Of a DNA stretch of 64,000 nucleotides, positions 38,901 through 54,726 are shown one piece after another (position 1 is the stretch's first letter; every line of letters begins with the position of its first letter). The notes beneath the pieces were generated by a model. The model saw only the letters and a program-made list of their open reading frames with translations, had not been told where the DNA came from and did no database searches. Origin of the DNA: Paraphysomonas bandaiensis (taxonomy: Eukaryota > Protista > Chrysophyceae); the NCBI GenBank assembly GCA_965644295.1, contig CBFFRP010000424.1, positions 62,001-126,000 of the forward strand. The letters are read 5' to 3'. Both the position numbers and the translations under genes were made by a program.

Positions 38901-39668
38901 CCTCTTAATGCAGTGATGATGCTCTGGGTGAACCTTATTATGGATACTATGGGTGCCCTTGCGCTGGGCACAGAACCCCCATCTGAATCACTCTTGAACC
39001 GATTGCCGTATAAGCGTGACGCTTCTCTGATAAGTATAGTAATGTGGAGGAACATTGTCGTACAAAGCGTGTTTCAGATATCACTGCTAGCATATCTACT
39101 CATACAAGGTGCAAACACTTTTAATACTATTGAGGGGTCGGTTGAACACTTTACAATTGTATTCAATGTCTTTGTGTTTATGCAAATTTTCAATGAATTC
39201 AATGCGCGGTCAATCACTAGTGATCCAAATATATTCAAGGGACTCTTCCGCAATTCGATGTTCATTGGTATTTTTCTGTTCACCGTTGTTGGACAGTATC
39301 TGCTGGTTGAGTACGGCGGTGATTTCGTGAAAACAACTCCTTTGAATGAAGACCAATGGGTGAAGAGCGTTTTATTGGGTGCATTGTCTATACCTGTGGG
39401 AGGGCTTATGCGAATTATTCCTGTACAAGAGAACAAGAGTGATTTCGCTAGAATGTCGACTATCATGCAGCAGCGTATTGGTGACCTAGCCAAGGCCGGC
39501 CCTCGTCGTTCAACACACTCGAACACTGACGTGCATAAGTCGACAGGTATTTCGTATGTATTCTGGTTGATAGTAGCGACTGCCATTCCTGCAGCCGTGT
39601 GCATGAAATTCGACATTTCTTCGGAGGTAATTGTACATGCTCTTGCATCGTATGGGGTTAAACTTTAG
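35983..39668 (+). CDS. P2B (PMCA-type) calcium-transporting P-type ATPase
   Basis: ESALTGES; VVAVPEGLPLAVT; CSDKTGTLT; MVTGDN; GVTGDGTNDGPALK; FLQFQLTVN; LWVNLIMDT. Confidence 0.95.
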
Positions 39669-39827
39669 AGCGGGGAAGTGAGGCTGATGCGTAGTAGAAC
39701 TACTTGATATGCGCTAAATTATGCGTAATAATATGTATCACAAGTGATAATCGCTTTTTTTTTTGCTGACCGGAATGATTGCGTTCACTTTACAGAACAC
39801 CGGAAATGGTGTAGAAAAGCCATAAAT

Positions 39828-40054
39828 TGAAAGTCTTATTATTTAGCAGTAGGCGTTACAAATCTGCACCAATGTAGTCGCTAGTTGAATGCTAGACAGA
39901 CTATTTAGAATTTAGACCTCTATCCATAAGTAATCAGCACAAACTCTATTTTCTATTATCCAACTATTTAGCGCTACAGAAGCTGCTTGTGCGTCACCGC
40001 AAGCACCAAGGCGCGACCACTTCCGCTCTTAATATTGATTAAGAGTTTCGCCAC
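39828..40054 (-). mobile_element. 3'-tail-only copy of the R1/LINE family
   Basis: Close match to 21362-21572. Confidence 0.85.
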
Positions 40055-41433
40055 ACTCCGTGATTGTGTAGTTTCAGTTGAGCTATATGTGTCCATGTAA
40101 GATACTTCTACATGATAAGATCTTCTGCAAGATTTAGTCTTTCACAATAAGTTCTATATTTTCAATACTGTGTTGCAAGTTCTTGCTTTAACTTCATTCC
40201 AATCACACTATTGGTCACTGCTTAATAATATTTTACTGATGTGTAATAATTATCAATGAAAAGTGATTTAAAGAATAAATGAAATACATCTAGTGAGATA
40301 TCTACACACCTTCTTGCTTGTAATCTATAGTGCTATATATGTACCTGAGTGTCTCACTCTGTCTGTTTACTTGTTATTTTTATTTTTGTATCTGATGTGG
40401 GTTAGTGTTCGTCTTAGTACTTGAAGCAGCACATGGGAGCCCCACCGCAGTACTCGCTCATTGCCACCTCAACAGATGCTCGTGTGCCTTACGATAGTGT
40501 CTGTCTCGCCGATCAAAGAAGTTGCTTCTAGTTGTCAATCATCAGTCTTCATTGCAATGAATGCACTGCCCTCTGTGCGGTAGATGCATACTATACACTA
40601 CAAGATACCTCCTGTACAGCAGTACAGTGCAGTACAATACAGTCTACTGTTTGAATGGTTATGTTGTATGATATGCCCCACACTTCCTTTGGAGGTCCTC
40701 ATCCATAGAGATGGCGGCGCAGTTGCGTCAATAGGAAGCTTCTCCCGTACATTTGAATGCTTCATCATTGTCATGGTTAAGTACGCTCGTGAGTACTTTA
40801 CACGTGAACAGCAAGACTCAGTCTAGCTCGTTCCATTATGCACAATTGCAGGTAGTTGATGTCCATTGAATGTCCAGTCAGTATACTATGAGTGTTCTAT
40901 TCAACAGTTCCAGTAATATGATGGATTTCTATATGTAAAAAGTGCACTTTTATACTTAAAATAAGGGTTTTAGAGTTTAAAGCTGCGTAATATTATTCTT
41001 TTTCTTACTTTTACTTCGTAGTTTCGAAAGAACTCCCTGATATTCATGTACAAGAAAAGCAGGTTTTTCGAGAGTTGTCTTGGAAAATGTGTGCGCTGTA
41101 AGGCATACCCGGATATCCTGATACAGTATCCAGATTGTGTGGGTGTCGTTTCCACATATCCATATCCAGTACACACTACGACTGCTGTATACCGTATACC
41201 GTATAGCTCTGTGTATATGTGCCTGCACAGAGACATGCATATGATACACAGCAGCTGGCAGAGAGACCAGAGCAAGTATATCCTCACCCATCGCTCACAC
41301 TCATATCAACTCAACTCAACTCAGGTGATACAATATCAACGCAAACACTGCAGCTGCCACTGATATAAAAGATATAATCTATCGATTATAACGAGAAGCT
41401 CTTCTATTGACTACTAAACATCAATCAGAGTGC

Positions 41434-44400
41434 ATGGACCAGGGAGCAAACAGAGGGACCAACAGAGAGGCTAACGGAGGGGACAATAGCGGGGTTGATG
41501 TAAGTGCACTTGTGTATACACATATCAATTTTTGTGATACGGGCGTTACATGATCATTGCATATGTCGTATATCCTTATGCATATATCGTATGCTCTTAT
41601 GCATATGTCGTATATCCTTATGCATATATCGTATGCTCTTATGCATATGTCGTATATCCTTATGCATATATCGCATGCTCTTATGCATATGTCGTATATC
41701 CTTATGCATATATCGTATGCTCTTATGCATATGTCGTATATCCTTATGCATATATCGTATGCTCTTATGCATATGTCGTATATCCTTATGCATATATCGC
41801 ATGCTCTTATGCATATGTCGTATATCCTTATGCATATATCGTATGCTCTTATGCATATGTCGTATATCCTTATGCATATATCGTATGCTCTTATGCATAT
41901 GTCGTATATCCTTATGCATATATCGCATGCTCTTATGCATATGTCGTATATCCTTATGCATATATCGTATGCTCTTATGCATATGTCGTATATCCTTATG
42001 CATATATCGTATGCTCTTATGCATATGTCGTATATCCTTATGCATATATCGCATGCTCTTATGCATATGTCGTATATCCTTATGCATATATCGTATGCTC
42101 TTATGCATATGTCGTATATCCTTATGCATATATCGTATGCTCTTATGCATATGTCGTATATCCTTATGCATATATCGCATGCTCTTATGCATATGTCGTA
42201 TATCCTTATGCATATATCGTATGCTCTTATGCATATGTCGTATATCCTTATGCATATATCGCATGCTCTTATGCATATATCGTATATCCTTATGCATATA
42301 TCGCATGCTCTTATGCATATATCGTATATCCTTATGCATATATCGTATGCTCTTATGCATATGTCGTATATCCTTATGCATATATCGTATGCTCTTATGC
42401 ATATGTCGTATATCCTTATGCATATATCGCATGCTCTTATGCATATGTCGTATATCCTTATGCATATATCGCATGCTCTTATGCATATGTCGTATATCCT
42501 TATGCATATATCGTATGCTCTTATGCATATATCGTATATCCTTATGCATATATCGTATGATCTTTTGTACATATATTTTTTTCTTGACGTGATATTACGC
42601 ATTGAAGATAATTCTTTGTGGAGCATATGTACCCGTCTTGTCATTTGCTGCTTAATTTATGTGTTTACTTGCAGGTGGATATAATTGATTTATCCTACAG
42701 TGTTTCTGTCAGTGGCCGGCAGAAACATCTTCTCAAAAATATTTATTTTCATATCGACGGTGGTGACATGGTTGCACTCATGGGCCCTTCAGGTGCAGGA
42801 AAATCTACTCTCTTGGATCTTATTGCTGGCAGAAAACGAAGTGGGCTATGGAGTGGTAGCATATTGGTCAACCAACAGCGCCGCTCTTGTTTCTTTCATA
42901 GGGACAGCGCGTACGTGCTTCAAGACGACTTGCACATTCCTACTCTCACGGTTAAAGAAACCATTGAATATGCGGCGTGGGCAAAGTTACCGGAGGGCAC
43001 TTGTGTGGAGGATAGGTGTAAAAGGGTTCAGTTTTTGCTACATATGATGGGACTGGAACATGTCCAAAACAGTATTGTAGGAGATGCTCTTAGCAAAGTT
43101 CGTATGTTGTGAATTTATGTTTTTTGTCTTACGCTGTATTGTATATTAGGGCATCAGTGGAGGTCAGCTGAAACGCCTTTCCATTGCAGTAGAGATTGTT
43201 GCACTGCCAAGTCTTATATTTTTAGACGAGCCGACTAGGTAATTATATATGCCTATAGTTATTTTATGCAATTAATAATCAATTTTAGTGGACTAGATAG
43301 TGCCATTGCGTTGGAGGTTATGGGGTCTGTTAGGGGGTTGGCGGATCAGAATAGGACATGCGTGTCCACTATTCATCAGCCTTCTCCTGAAGTGTTCGGT
43401 TTATTCGACAAAGTGGTGCTTTTATCAGAAGTGAGTGTTCTGGAGAATCATATATCCTTATATGCATAGATATCCGCGCAGTGAGACTTGCTTACCTGGG
43501 TCTACATACGATATTTGATTGTTCTGCTTATGAATTCCTTCGAAATACTCTTTTTTTTATTGTCATATTCTCAAAAGTTATCTTTTAGGGCCGTCTTGTG
43601 TATGCTGGCACTACTGAAAATGCTATTACGCATTTAACATCTCACGAAGTTGGGTACTGTTATAACCCCGATCAAAATCCCGCCGAGTTTATCATTGATG
43701 TTTGTGGGGGGTTGGTTACACCTAGTGGAAATGGCATCTCTAGAGCATACACTGCACTGGAGTTAGCCGATCTATACAAGCGCAGTCCATACGTATCACT
43801 GGTTCCTGATGCTGCAGACGCAGATAATGGCGTGACTGTCGTAGACAAATCATTTTCTTTATATGGTATTGTTGTACTTCTACTTGCACTTGTCATTATT
43901 CTCACCTCACAACCTCAGTTTATATGGAATACTTTATCTCTTTATTTTTACGAAATACCAATGCAGGAAATGACCGAACGCATGCAACTACAAAATTAAC
44001 TCAGTTTGAGATGCTTCTGCACCGCTCCTGGAAATCGCAGTGGCGGAATGTGAGTGATCTCAAGACGGCAATTACTAAAAGTGTGGCCGTAGGTGCACTG
44101 ATTGGAGTTGTATTTTACGACAAGGCAAACGTCAGTAAGCCTTACTTTACCATAGATTCTGATTCGGGCCAAGCTTTACTGACCCCTGAAGTGCAGAATC
44201 TGAATTCAAGTTTCTTTTTTGTTCTCATGTACTGCCTAATGTGCAACTTAGAACAAATTCCATCGATATGCTCCAGCAACACAATATACCGTAGAGAACT
44301 GGCATCATATACATATAGTGTGCTTCCTTACTGGCTCGCAAACTGTCTATCGCCACTTCCTCTGTTGATTTTTACCCACACGATATGGATATGCATGACG

Positions 44401-47400
44401 TACTTTTTATGTGTATTCCCGTTGAATGGAGACTATTTTCTCTATTTCTACTTCATCACTTTTCTAGCAACACTTTCGTCATTTTATTTTGCTCAGTGTC
44501 TAGCTGCAGTAACGAACAATGCGGAGGTTGCATTCGCAATATACCCTATGACATTTATATTTCTTACTCAATTCACTGGATACTCAATACCTGTGGGTAG
44601 TATTCCCGAAGGTTGGAAATGGGCGTCTTACATTAGCTTTCCCCGTTGGGTTTTTGAAGGGTTAATGGTGAACGAGTATGGCGACAGCGGAGATCAGGGA
44701 GAGTATGTATTAGAGCAATACGACTTTGATAATTACAACAAGAATCAAACTGTATGGATTATGTTACTTTGTATTGGGTTGTTTTCGATTGCGACTTATG
44801 CCTTTTTGCGTCCACCTCGGTCGAAACTGCAGTACGGTAATATGAAGTCACAAGGTATGTGCGCTGGACGTCTGGATTTTGTGAATTAATCGTATAAATT
44901 ATTGCTGTAGATACCGCTGCCACTGTGAACGCAACAGGCCTTTCGGAGAAGCTCCTGTCACAGGATTGTACGGATGCAGAGATTGGCAGCCTAATCCTGG
45001 ATACCACGGAGCAGCCTTTGCTCATGCATCAGGATAGCAATTCATCTGATGCGAACAAACCGTCGTCCACTGGCCCACTCTCAAATGGATGCCGACTGAT
45101 ATTTCGCAATGTTGTTTACAGTGTACGCCACAAACAAACCAACGAAAATATATGCGTGTTGAAGGGTGTTTCCGGATGCGCTAATCCCGGGGAGATGTGT
45201 ACGCTCATGGGAGCGTCCGGAGCAGGTGAAATTATATTGCACAAGTTAGCTATTCCCTATATGTAGCTGATACTTCTACCCACCGCTCATTGCTTTTATT
45301 GACACTATACATATGTACAGGCAAAAGTACTCTACTAGATCTCTTGGCTAACCGTAAGACAACTGGTGTAACTAGCGGTGATATTCTTTTCAATGGAATG
45401 GAAAGAAGTTCTGTAATAGATCAGTGCTCCGCGTATGTTATGCAGGTGGCATACACTTCATCTTGCTGGGTTTAGTGCTTGTGTGCGTCGTGTATATTCT
45501 TTCTCATTATCATGAAACCATATTTTTGCCTTTACAAGTTGGGAAAGACACAGATTGATCACTCTAATGTAGGACAGCGTGCACTTACCCATGCTCACGG
45601 TTCGACAAACTCTGACATACGCAGCTTTACTTCGTATGAGAGAGGGTCGCTCTGCCAAAAGGAAACGCGCAAGGGTGCAGGAAATAATGGATATGCTCGG
45701 ACTGTCGTCTCATGCTGACACTATTGTGGGAAATGCTCGAGTCCGTGGAATAAGTGGCGGGCAAGCAAAGCGCCTGTCAATAGGAGTTGAGATTATTAAC
45801 TTGCCAGATATAATATTTTTGGACGGTATGTATGCGTTAGTACTTAAGTATTCACTGTTACAACTACGTGAGATATTTAGAATATCCGAATCAGCATGTG
45901 CTTACTAAAATGTCATAGAACCAACCACTGGACTGGACAGCAGTATTGCTCTAGAAGTAATGTCGGCTGTTCGTATTTTAGCCAGTCAAAACCGCACTAT
46001 TATTGCAACAATTCACCAGCCATCGCCTCCTACATATGCACTTTTCGATAAATTACTTCTGCTCGCAGAAGGTAGAGTTATATATTACGGATCATCAAGA
46101 GATGCGGTCTCGTATTTTACATCCTGTCCGTACGAATTTCGCTATGTACGTGGCACTAATCCCGCCGATTTCATCGTTTCTGTCGCTGGATCCTTCACGA
46201 AATCTCAGGATGGCTTGGAAGTGACAGCGACCGACCTAGCGGCGTGCTATTGTCAGCACCCTTCGTATACTTCACTAATGTGTGAATTAAATACTATGAT
46301 TTCTTCTGACAGAGAAAAGGTTCTCTCCATCTCAATGTTGCTGTAACAATGTTGTATGTTGAAGAACGTATTGTTATTGCAAATTTTGACATATGTACTT
46401 TCATTTGTAGGCATTGCATGATCCAGCAGTTGTAAATTCGACAAGTTCTAGCCACTATCATACTTCGACTCTGTTCCAGATCGGTGTTTTATGCGAACGA
46501 GGTGCCCTTAATAAATGGAAAGCCCCACAGGCGACTATGGCCGACTTTATTTCGTAAGTATCACATTTCATTTTACCTTATTTTCAGTACTTGAGTAATG
46601 ACTTGTATCACAGTGTTATAATATTCTAATAGTGTGGTATTATTCTGGGTTAACATTGTTGTTTTGAGTTGAATATACGTAGCATGATATAACCAGCTTT
46701 TCATGATACAACAGGCACGCATTTATCAGCCTGTTCTACGGGAGCTTATACTACAATCTAGACAATGATCAATATCAAGAACGGTTGTCGTTGCTCTTCT
46801 TCTCGCTCATTTTTGCAATTATGGGACACCAGAAATCCATGCCCGCGATATTTGAAGAACGATTGATGTTTTATCGGGAGCGTGGAGCAGGTGCTTATGG
46901 ACCAGTAGCCTATTGGTTTTCTGCAGGCATCTTAGCCCTTCCACTGGTTACGATTAATATTTTCGTGTACTCTATTATTGTGTACAATCTTGCGGGATTT
47001 ACTGGTCCATTTAGCCATTTCATTATTTTCTTTGTAACACTGCTCCTGTCTTCGGTAGCGGGCTTGTTCTGCTGTCGAATGATTGCAGTGTTGTCTGCCA
47101 CGGAACAGTCGGCCATCAACCTTTTTCCAGTCTGTATATACTTTCTAATGGCATTTGCGGGATTTGGAATATACTTGCCTGAAATGCAGGACTGGTTGTC
47201 GGCCTGGGCTCCTTATGTATCCTTTGTACGGTGGGGGTTCCAAACTCTCACTCTCAATGAATTTAGTGGTAACTCAGATCTTGCCTTATCGGGGGTATAC
47301 ATTGACGATCTCGGCTTCGACAAGTATTCAAGAGGCACATGTTTGAGTATTTTGCCTCTATTTACAGCATTTTTTGCTGTAGCGCTGCTTGCAGCGCTAA

Positions 47401-47426
47401 AGTTTGTTAATTATGAAGAAAGATAA
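41434..47426 (+). CDS. Full-size ABCG (NBD-TMD-NBD-TMD) transporter
   Basis: [11 protein letters not shown] and [11 protein letters not shown]; two ISGGQxKRLS signatures; FLDEPT(S/T)GLD twice; TIHQPS twice; two TM domains. First intron is 41500-42674. Confidence 0.93.
41558..42558. repeat. ~1-kb intronic satellite with 21/42/126-bp hierarchy
   Basis: Alternating tgcatatgtcgtatatcctta / tgcatatatcgtatgctctta units, with a periodic cgcatg variant. Confidence 0.97.
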
Positions 47427-48630
47427 GATGTATTGCAATTGTGCAATGTGCACAAAATTGGTATCTGAATTGGCCATCTGAGTTGTTACTACGATTGGCT
47501 GTAGACGTATATTATTATGGTACTGACAGCTAGATGTACTTAGTGAGAGTGTTGGTTTTATCTTATAATGACTAGACCCATATTTCATCAAGAAGTAGCA
47601 ATGAAAACAGTGAAGTACTTTAACCGAATTACTAATCTATACTATTCGTTTATGAAATTAAACACTTTGCGAGTGCAACATCAGGAAAAAGTGAACTATT
47701 CAGCACCCTTCCCTAGCTAATAGCTAACTGTAGTAACGTCATCGCAGGAGTACTCTCAACTCTATATAAATAGATATATAATAGATAAGAATAGGATATA
47801 CATCCTAAATATTCTGTTGAATCGAAAAGATAAAAGCAATTATAGGTGATGTGGGATCATGGACTTCTGGAGGCCAGTCATTATTGTCTCTGTCAGCAAT
47901 AGAATACATGAATACATCCGCATATACAGGAGTCTCCTGTTAGTCTCTTGTATATGCGGCAGATATCATTGTGTTATTTTCTTAAATTTTGATCGTAGCT
48001 ATGAAGAAAAGAATGTTAGCAAACAATCGAAAACAAGAAAGTACTTGCCAAATATGAATACAACCCTTCCAAACAATACAACCAATTTTGTACTGAAAAC
48101 TATCAATTACTAACTTGAAGTACTAATTGCTACAGTAGTAGGTGTTGAAAAGGTGCAATGACTTCAATACAGTAGTGTGAACGGTACATAATATCACATA
48201 TAGAATGTGCTGTATACATCACATCAAATCACACTGCTGTGATGCTACGTCGCTCTACTAATGGCTGAGATGATATATACAGTTACTGACTTTAAATATC
48301 AGACCCTTATATTATATATATCATTGTTCTGTACTACTAGAACTAGTTTGTTCAGATTTTTACCAGTTTTACTATAATATATAGTAAACAAAAAAGTAAA
48401 TATCCCCCCATTCTGAGGGTGTACCCTAGAGTGTATTACATACATTATTCTTGTGTGGTTCTTACATTATGTAGCTATATATATAAGAAACCCAGCGTAG
48501 TCCTGTAAAACGGTGAACACGGGTGAGGCGGTAGAATGGCTCTCACAAATTCTGTGCGTGATCTATATATTGTCAGCCAAGTTGGTGAACGGGTGTAGTC
48601 GGGTGGGTGACTGCGTAGAATCAGCGAAAA

Positions 48631-48800
48631 GAATCGTTTAATTATTGGCAGTAGGCGTGCACGAGTCTGAGCTAATGTATTATTGCAATTTAACTACCTA
48701 CTAGTGCTTCACTCTGATAATATCCTACTATATAACGCTACGAAAGCTGCATTTGCGTCACTGCAAGCACCATAATATCAAGGTGCAACCACTTTTGCTC
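48631..48800 (-). mobile_element. Diverged R1 tail copy
   Basis: cctactatataacgctacgaaagctgc...caaggtgcaaccac. Confidence 0.7.
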
Positions 48801-49021
48801 TAAAATCGTTATTATAAGTGTTCTACCAGCAGCACGCCTACACATTTGCCACACGGTGGGAATGGAGCTATATACTAGTTCAACAAAATAATTCATCAAC
48901 ATAATAGTATTTTGCTTCCAATAGCAGACATTGACTTACTTCCTTATCCTGAGCTTCCACAAGAACTCTGTTTAACAGTTATAGTTGCTATAAACATTAC
49001 TAGAGGTATACTACTGTATAC

Positions 49022-49950
49022 CTGGGTTCGGTAAAAATATATTGATGGAGGTTTTGGAACCCGTCCAATAATACTATATATTCAATATAGAGTAGTACCA
49101 TTGAATAGTAAGTAAGCACATCCATAAATTCTATAGTCATTATAGACCACATGATGATAACCAAACCCACTTCGCTGGCTACTGCTTAGCTAATATCACA
49201 AGTTTCCTCACACTTTTCCTCTGAGCTGTCATCGATGACATCAGCATCACCATAATATATATTATTAATTAAAATATGCATCCATCTGGATGCAACTGTC
49301 GACTTGCATCAGAAACAACATCATATAATATTAAGTGTAGTAGTATGAATACGTTTGCGCATAGTATGCACACTGATTATATAAGTTTTGTAACCATTCT
49401 GAATCTTCTGTAATGCGCCCACATGCTTGTGTAGTTCACCTTCACTCGGACTCTAAAAACAGCGCTAAATAACTCTACTTAGTATTCATTCATCGTTCAG
49501 GCGTCTCATCTTATCAGTGATAATATATATAAAATATCATATTAAGAAAAGTACTGTATATGTGGTGTAGAGTACTGTTTGAGCTGACGATTCATAAAAT
49601 CTAGAAAACAAGAACAACAATAGGGCTTTTTTGTTTTCCCTGATATTTATATATATGGACTTATATTTTTCACCCTAAAGCAGTTAAATAAGAAGCTCTC
49701 GGTACAAGATGCTTTCAATTTGAAGGTAACTGAAGGACATGCATGAAGATTGTGTTGAGAAAAAGAATGATCTACAAGCGTACTTTAGCATTGGAGAGAG
49801 CAATAAAGTCCTGCCTCTGCTGCTATATATATACCGCACTTTAGCTTTGTTTTAACCTGATGTATGTTGCATTGGTTCGACTTCACCTGCTATGACCTCA
49901 TGCTTCTGTAATGCGTAGCTATATGTGAGTACAATTCATTTCAAGGTTTA
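49022..49950 (-). mobile_element. Degenerate hAT transposon remnant related to 2118-2778
   Basis: Shared gttcggtaa end, acatgatgataaccaaacccact, tcagcatcaccata and aagctctcggta. Minus strand gives an RKRIHTTTLN..MLFL-like remnant. Right boundary is uncertain. Confidence 0.65.
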
Positions 49951-50589
49951 ATACTATAATTGGCTATGTTGAGTCATTTATTGCTTTGACTAGGTTGTTA
50001 CATCGAAAATAGTATGAAAAGGAAATTCAACAAATTGTTTCACACATTGTCGATAATAGATAGTACTACAACACTGTGCTTCAATGTTCGGGCAAACACA
50101 AGACTACTACGACAATTCTTTTAATTTTCTTTATTTTTACCTTCTTCCATAAAATCTTAACCTACTACTTACTTGCAATATTATATATTGATACCTATAA
50201 TACCACAATACCATACCAATATATATGTTGTCAATATAATATACATTGTTGATGAATATTGATTTCTTGAAGGCCATGTATGTAATATATTATTAAAAAT
50301 CTGACTATATATATCAATAAGACACTACACACAATGCATTATCTGTTATATGCAATATAGCACACAAAGCAGAAACAACCTGAATAACTTCAACATTTGC
50401 TCCGTGAAATGTATCAGCGTACATATTTACTACAAAAAACTCCGCTAACAGTAACGACTAAACTAAGGCGGCATATTCCTTGCGACCCGAGCAATGAAGT
50501 CGATGACTAAATACTTCTCTTTTAGGAAAGAATAGCCCTGTATAGATCCTATTTGTTTAACATCATCAGCGCTTCTCTCTGTCGAGCTG

Positions 50590-52273
50590 CTATCTTCCTC
50601 TATATACGACGTCAGTACTTTCACTCTCCTGGCTTAGCGCCCTAATTTTCTCTGCAGCGCTTCTCTCTTTCATATAAGCATTCGCAGTAAGGCTACCAAA
50701 GACTAGAATTCCTCCGATGACATACAGCAGTGACCCTGGTTTAGGAAAGAAGATGAAGGATAGAACGATAGTAAGTGCCTTGCGAGTGTTTCCAATCACT
50801 ACTGTTGCGATACCACCGAACTCTTTTACCATCGTCATGTGGCATGTAATGGCAAGGTAAGCTACAACAGTGTAACCAGCCATAAGAGAAAGTAGCCAGG
50901 GGTTCGCTATTGCCGCCTCCACAGCACCCTGTACACAACACATTCACAGTAAGATAGCGTTGCACTATTTCACGGATATAGAACGAAACAATATAGTTCA
51001 AGAAGAAATTTCGTCAAATCGTATATACAGATAAAATCTATCCTCACCAGAAGGTCTCCGCTCGCAGTAAATATAACAGTCATTAGTACAAGGCTCAGTA
51101 CATTTGTGAAGTAGGTGACCTCTACACGTGATGATCCAATATTAAAAACTTTCTCCTGGAAGTTCGGTAAAAAGGCATCTGCAATCACGCTAGTCGTAAC
51201 CAGCAAAATGCCTGCATAAACAGTAATGAACACGGTATTATCTCAGACCGAATAAGTTTAAGAGAATGCACATATCCCATCACACAGACACTATACACAC
51301 ACTCAAAAGTTGCATAGGACATATACAGGTCAGACAATGGCATTGGTAAGAATGCGCACCCATGAAATTAGCATTAGGGTATACTTGAAAGTCTGCAATC
51401 GCAAATATCACCATGCCAGCTGATATAAGCACGCCAAATACAAGTTCATACGGTTTCACACTCTTCTTCAGCATGTACATTGCTATGAGAATAGTTGGCA
51501 CCAGCTATAATTCGACATTGTAAATGCAATAATTCCATATGCACATTATTTACTATACCTTACACGAGCGAAACACTACTTTAGTCGGGTAGTTAATGTA
51601 GTTTAGAGACATATTGCTAGCTGCTGAGCTAATAAAGAGACAGAGACACAGCGTGATGTATGCACTCCAGGGAGCCACACGAGTGGTTTCATTCTTGACA
51701 GATCTCTCAACAGCAGCCAACACCGTCACACCCAACACCTCCATATACCCTAAAATAACTCCAAACTGTTGTAATGAGATCACATGAATGGCTGTGGAGG
51801 CATGTCACGGACCTTAAAGCCTGGAACAGACATGATCAACTCCTGCAAATAGTTGTGACATGTGAAGAGCACTATAAGCAATACAGAGACAGAGAGAAAA
51901 CGAATACGACGAGACGATCGAGATAATTGAGGGCTTCCTGAGACACCCGCAGACATGATCCTGATAGCTACAGATACATATACATATACATAGAGAAGTT
52001 AAATACCACAGATATCAACATACATACATACATACATACATACATACATACATACATACATACATACATACATACATACATACATACATACATACATACA
52101 TACATACATACATACATACATACATACATACATACATACATACATACATACATACATACATACATACATACATACATACATACATACATACATACATACA
52201 TACATACATACATACATACATACATACATACATACATACATACATACATACATACATACATACATACATGCAT
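50590..52273 (-). CDS. SLC35B/UAA-family nucleotide-sugar transporter, most like PAPS transporter 2
   Basis: HNYLQELI; SNMSLNYINYPTKVVFRSCKL; ADAFLPNFQEK; VKEFGG...NTRKALTIVLSFIFFPKP. The 6-nt first exon is inferred. Confidence 0.85.
52018..52268. repeat. (CATA)n / (TATG)n microsatellite, ~62 units
   Basis: Perfect tetranucleotide array. Confidence 0.98.
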
Positions 52274-52405
52274 ATAGAGGGTAGTGTTATAGTATTATAG
52301 TATTGTGGGGGTGTATGGTATGGTTCACTCAGTCTGGTTGGTAGTTATATCTTGGGTGCTGTATCAAATATGGTTGTAGGTGTTCAGTAGGAGTGTGTGA
52401 GTGGT

Positions 52406-54726
<2,321 letters not shown>

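Noticed and set aside
40430-40900. Faint RCC1-like pseudogene on the minus strand (SAFIAMKTD)
   Set aside because: Only one short motif, with several stops. Not supportable without a search.
41421-42684. Five long ORFs over the 21-bp satellite
   Set aside because: Artefacts of a stop-free repeat whose length is a multiple of 3. The region lies inside a frame-consistent GT-AG intron.
43824-43967. Possible GC-AG intron in the ABCG gene
   Set aside because: A canonical GT donor at ~43866 gives the same phase.
48710-48750. Hammerhead-like CTGA...GAAA in the R1 tail
   Set aside because: No CUGANGA core or consistent stems across copies.
51968-52273. (MYVC)n ORFs
   Set aside because: Translation of a tetranucleotide microsatellite.
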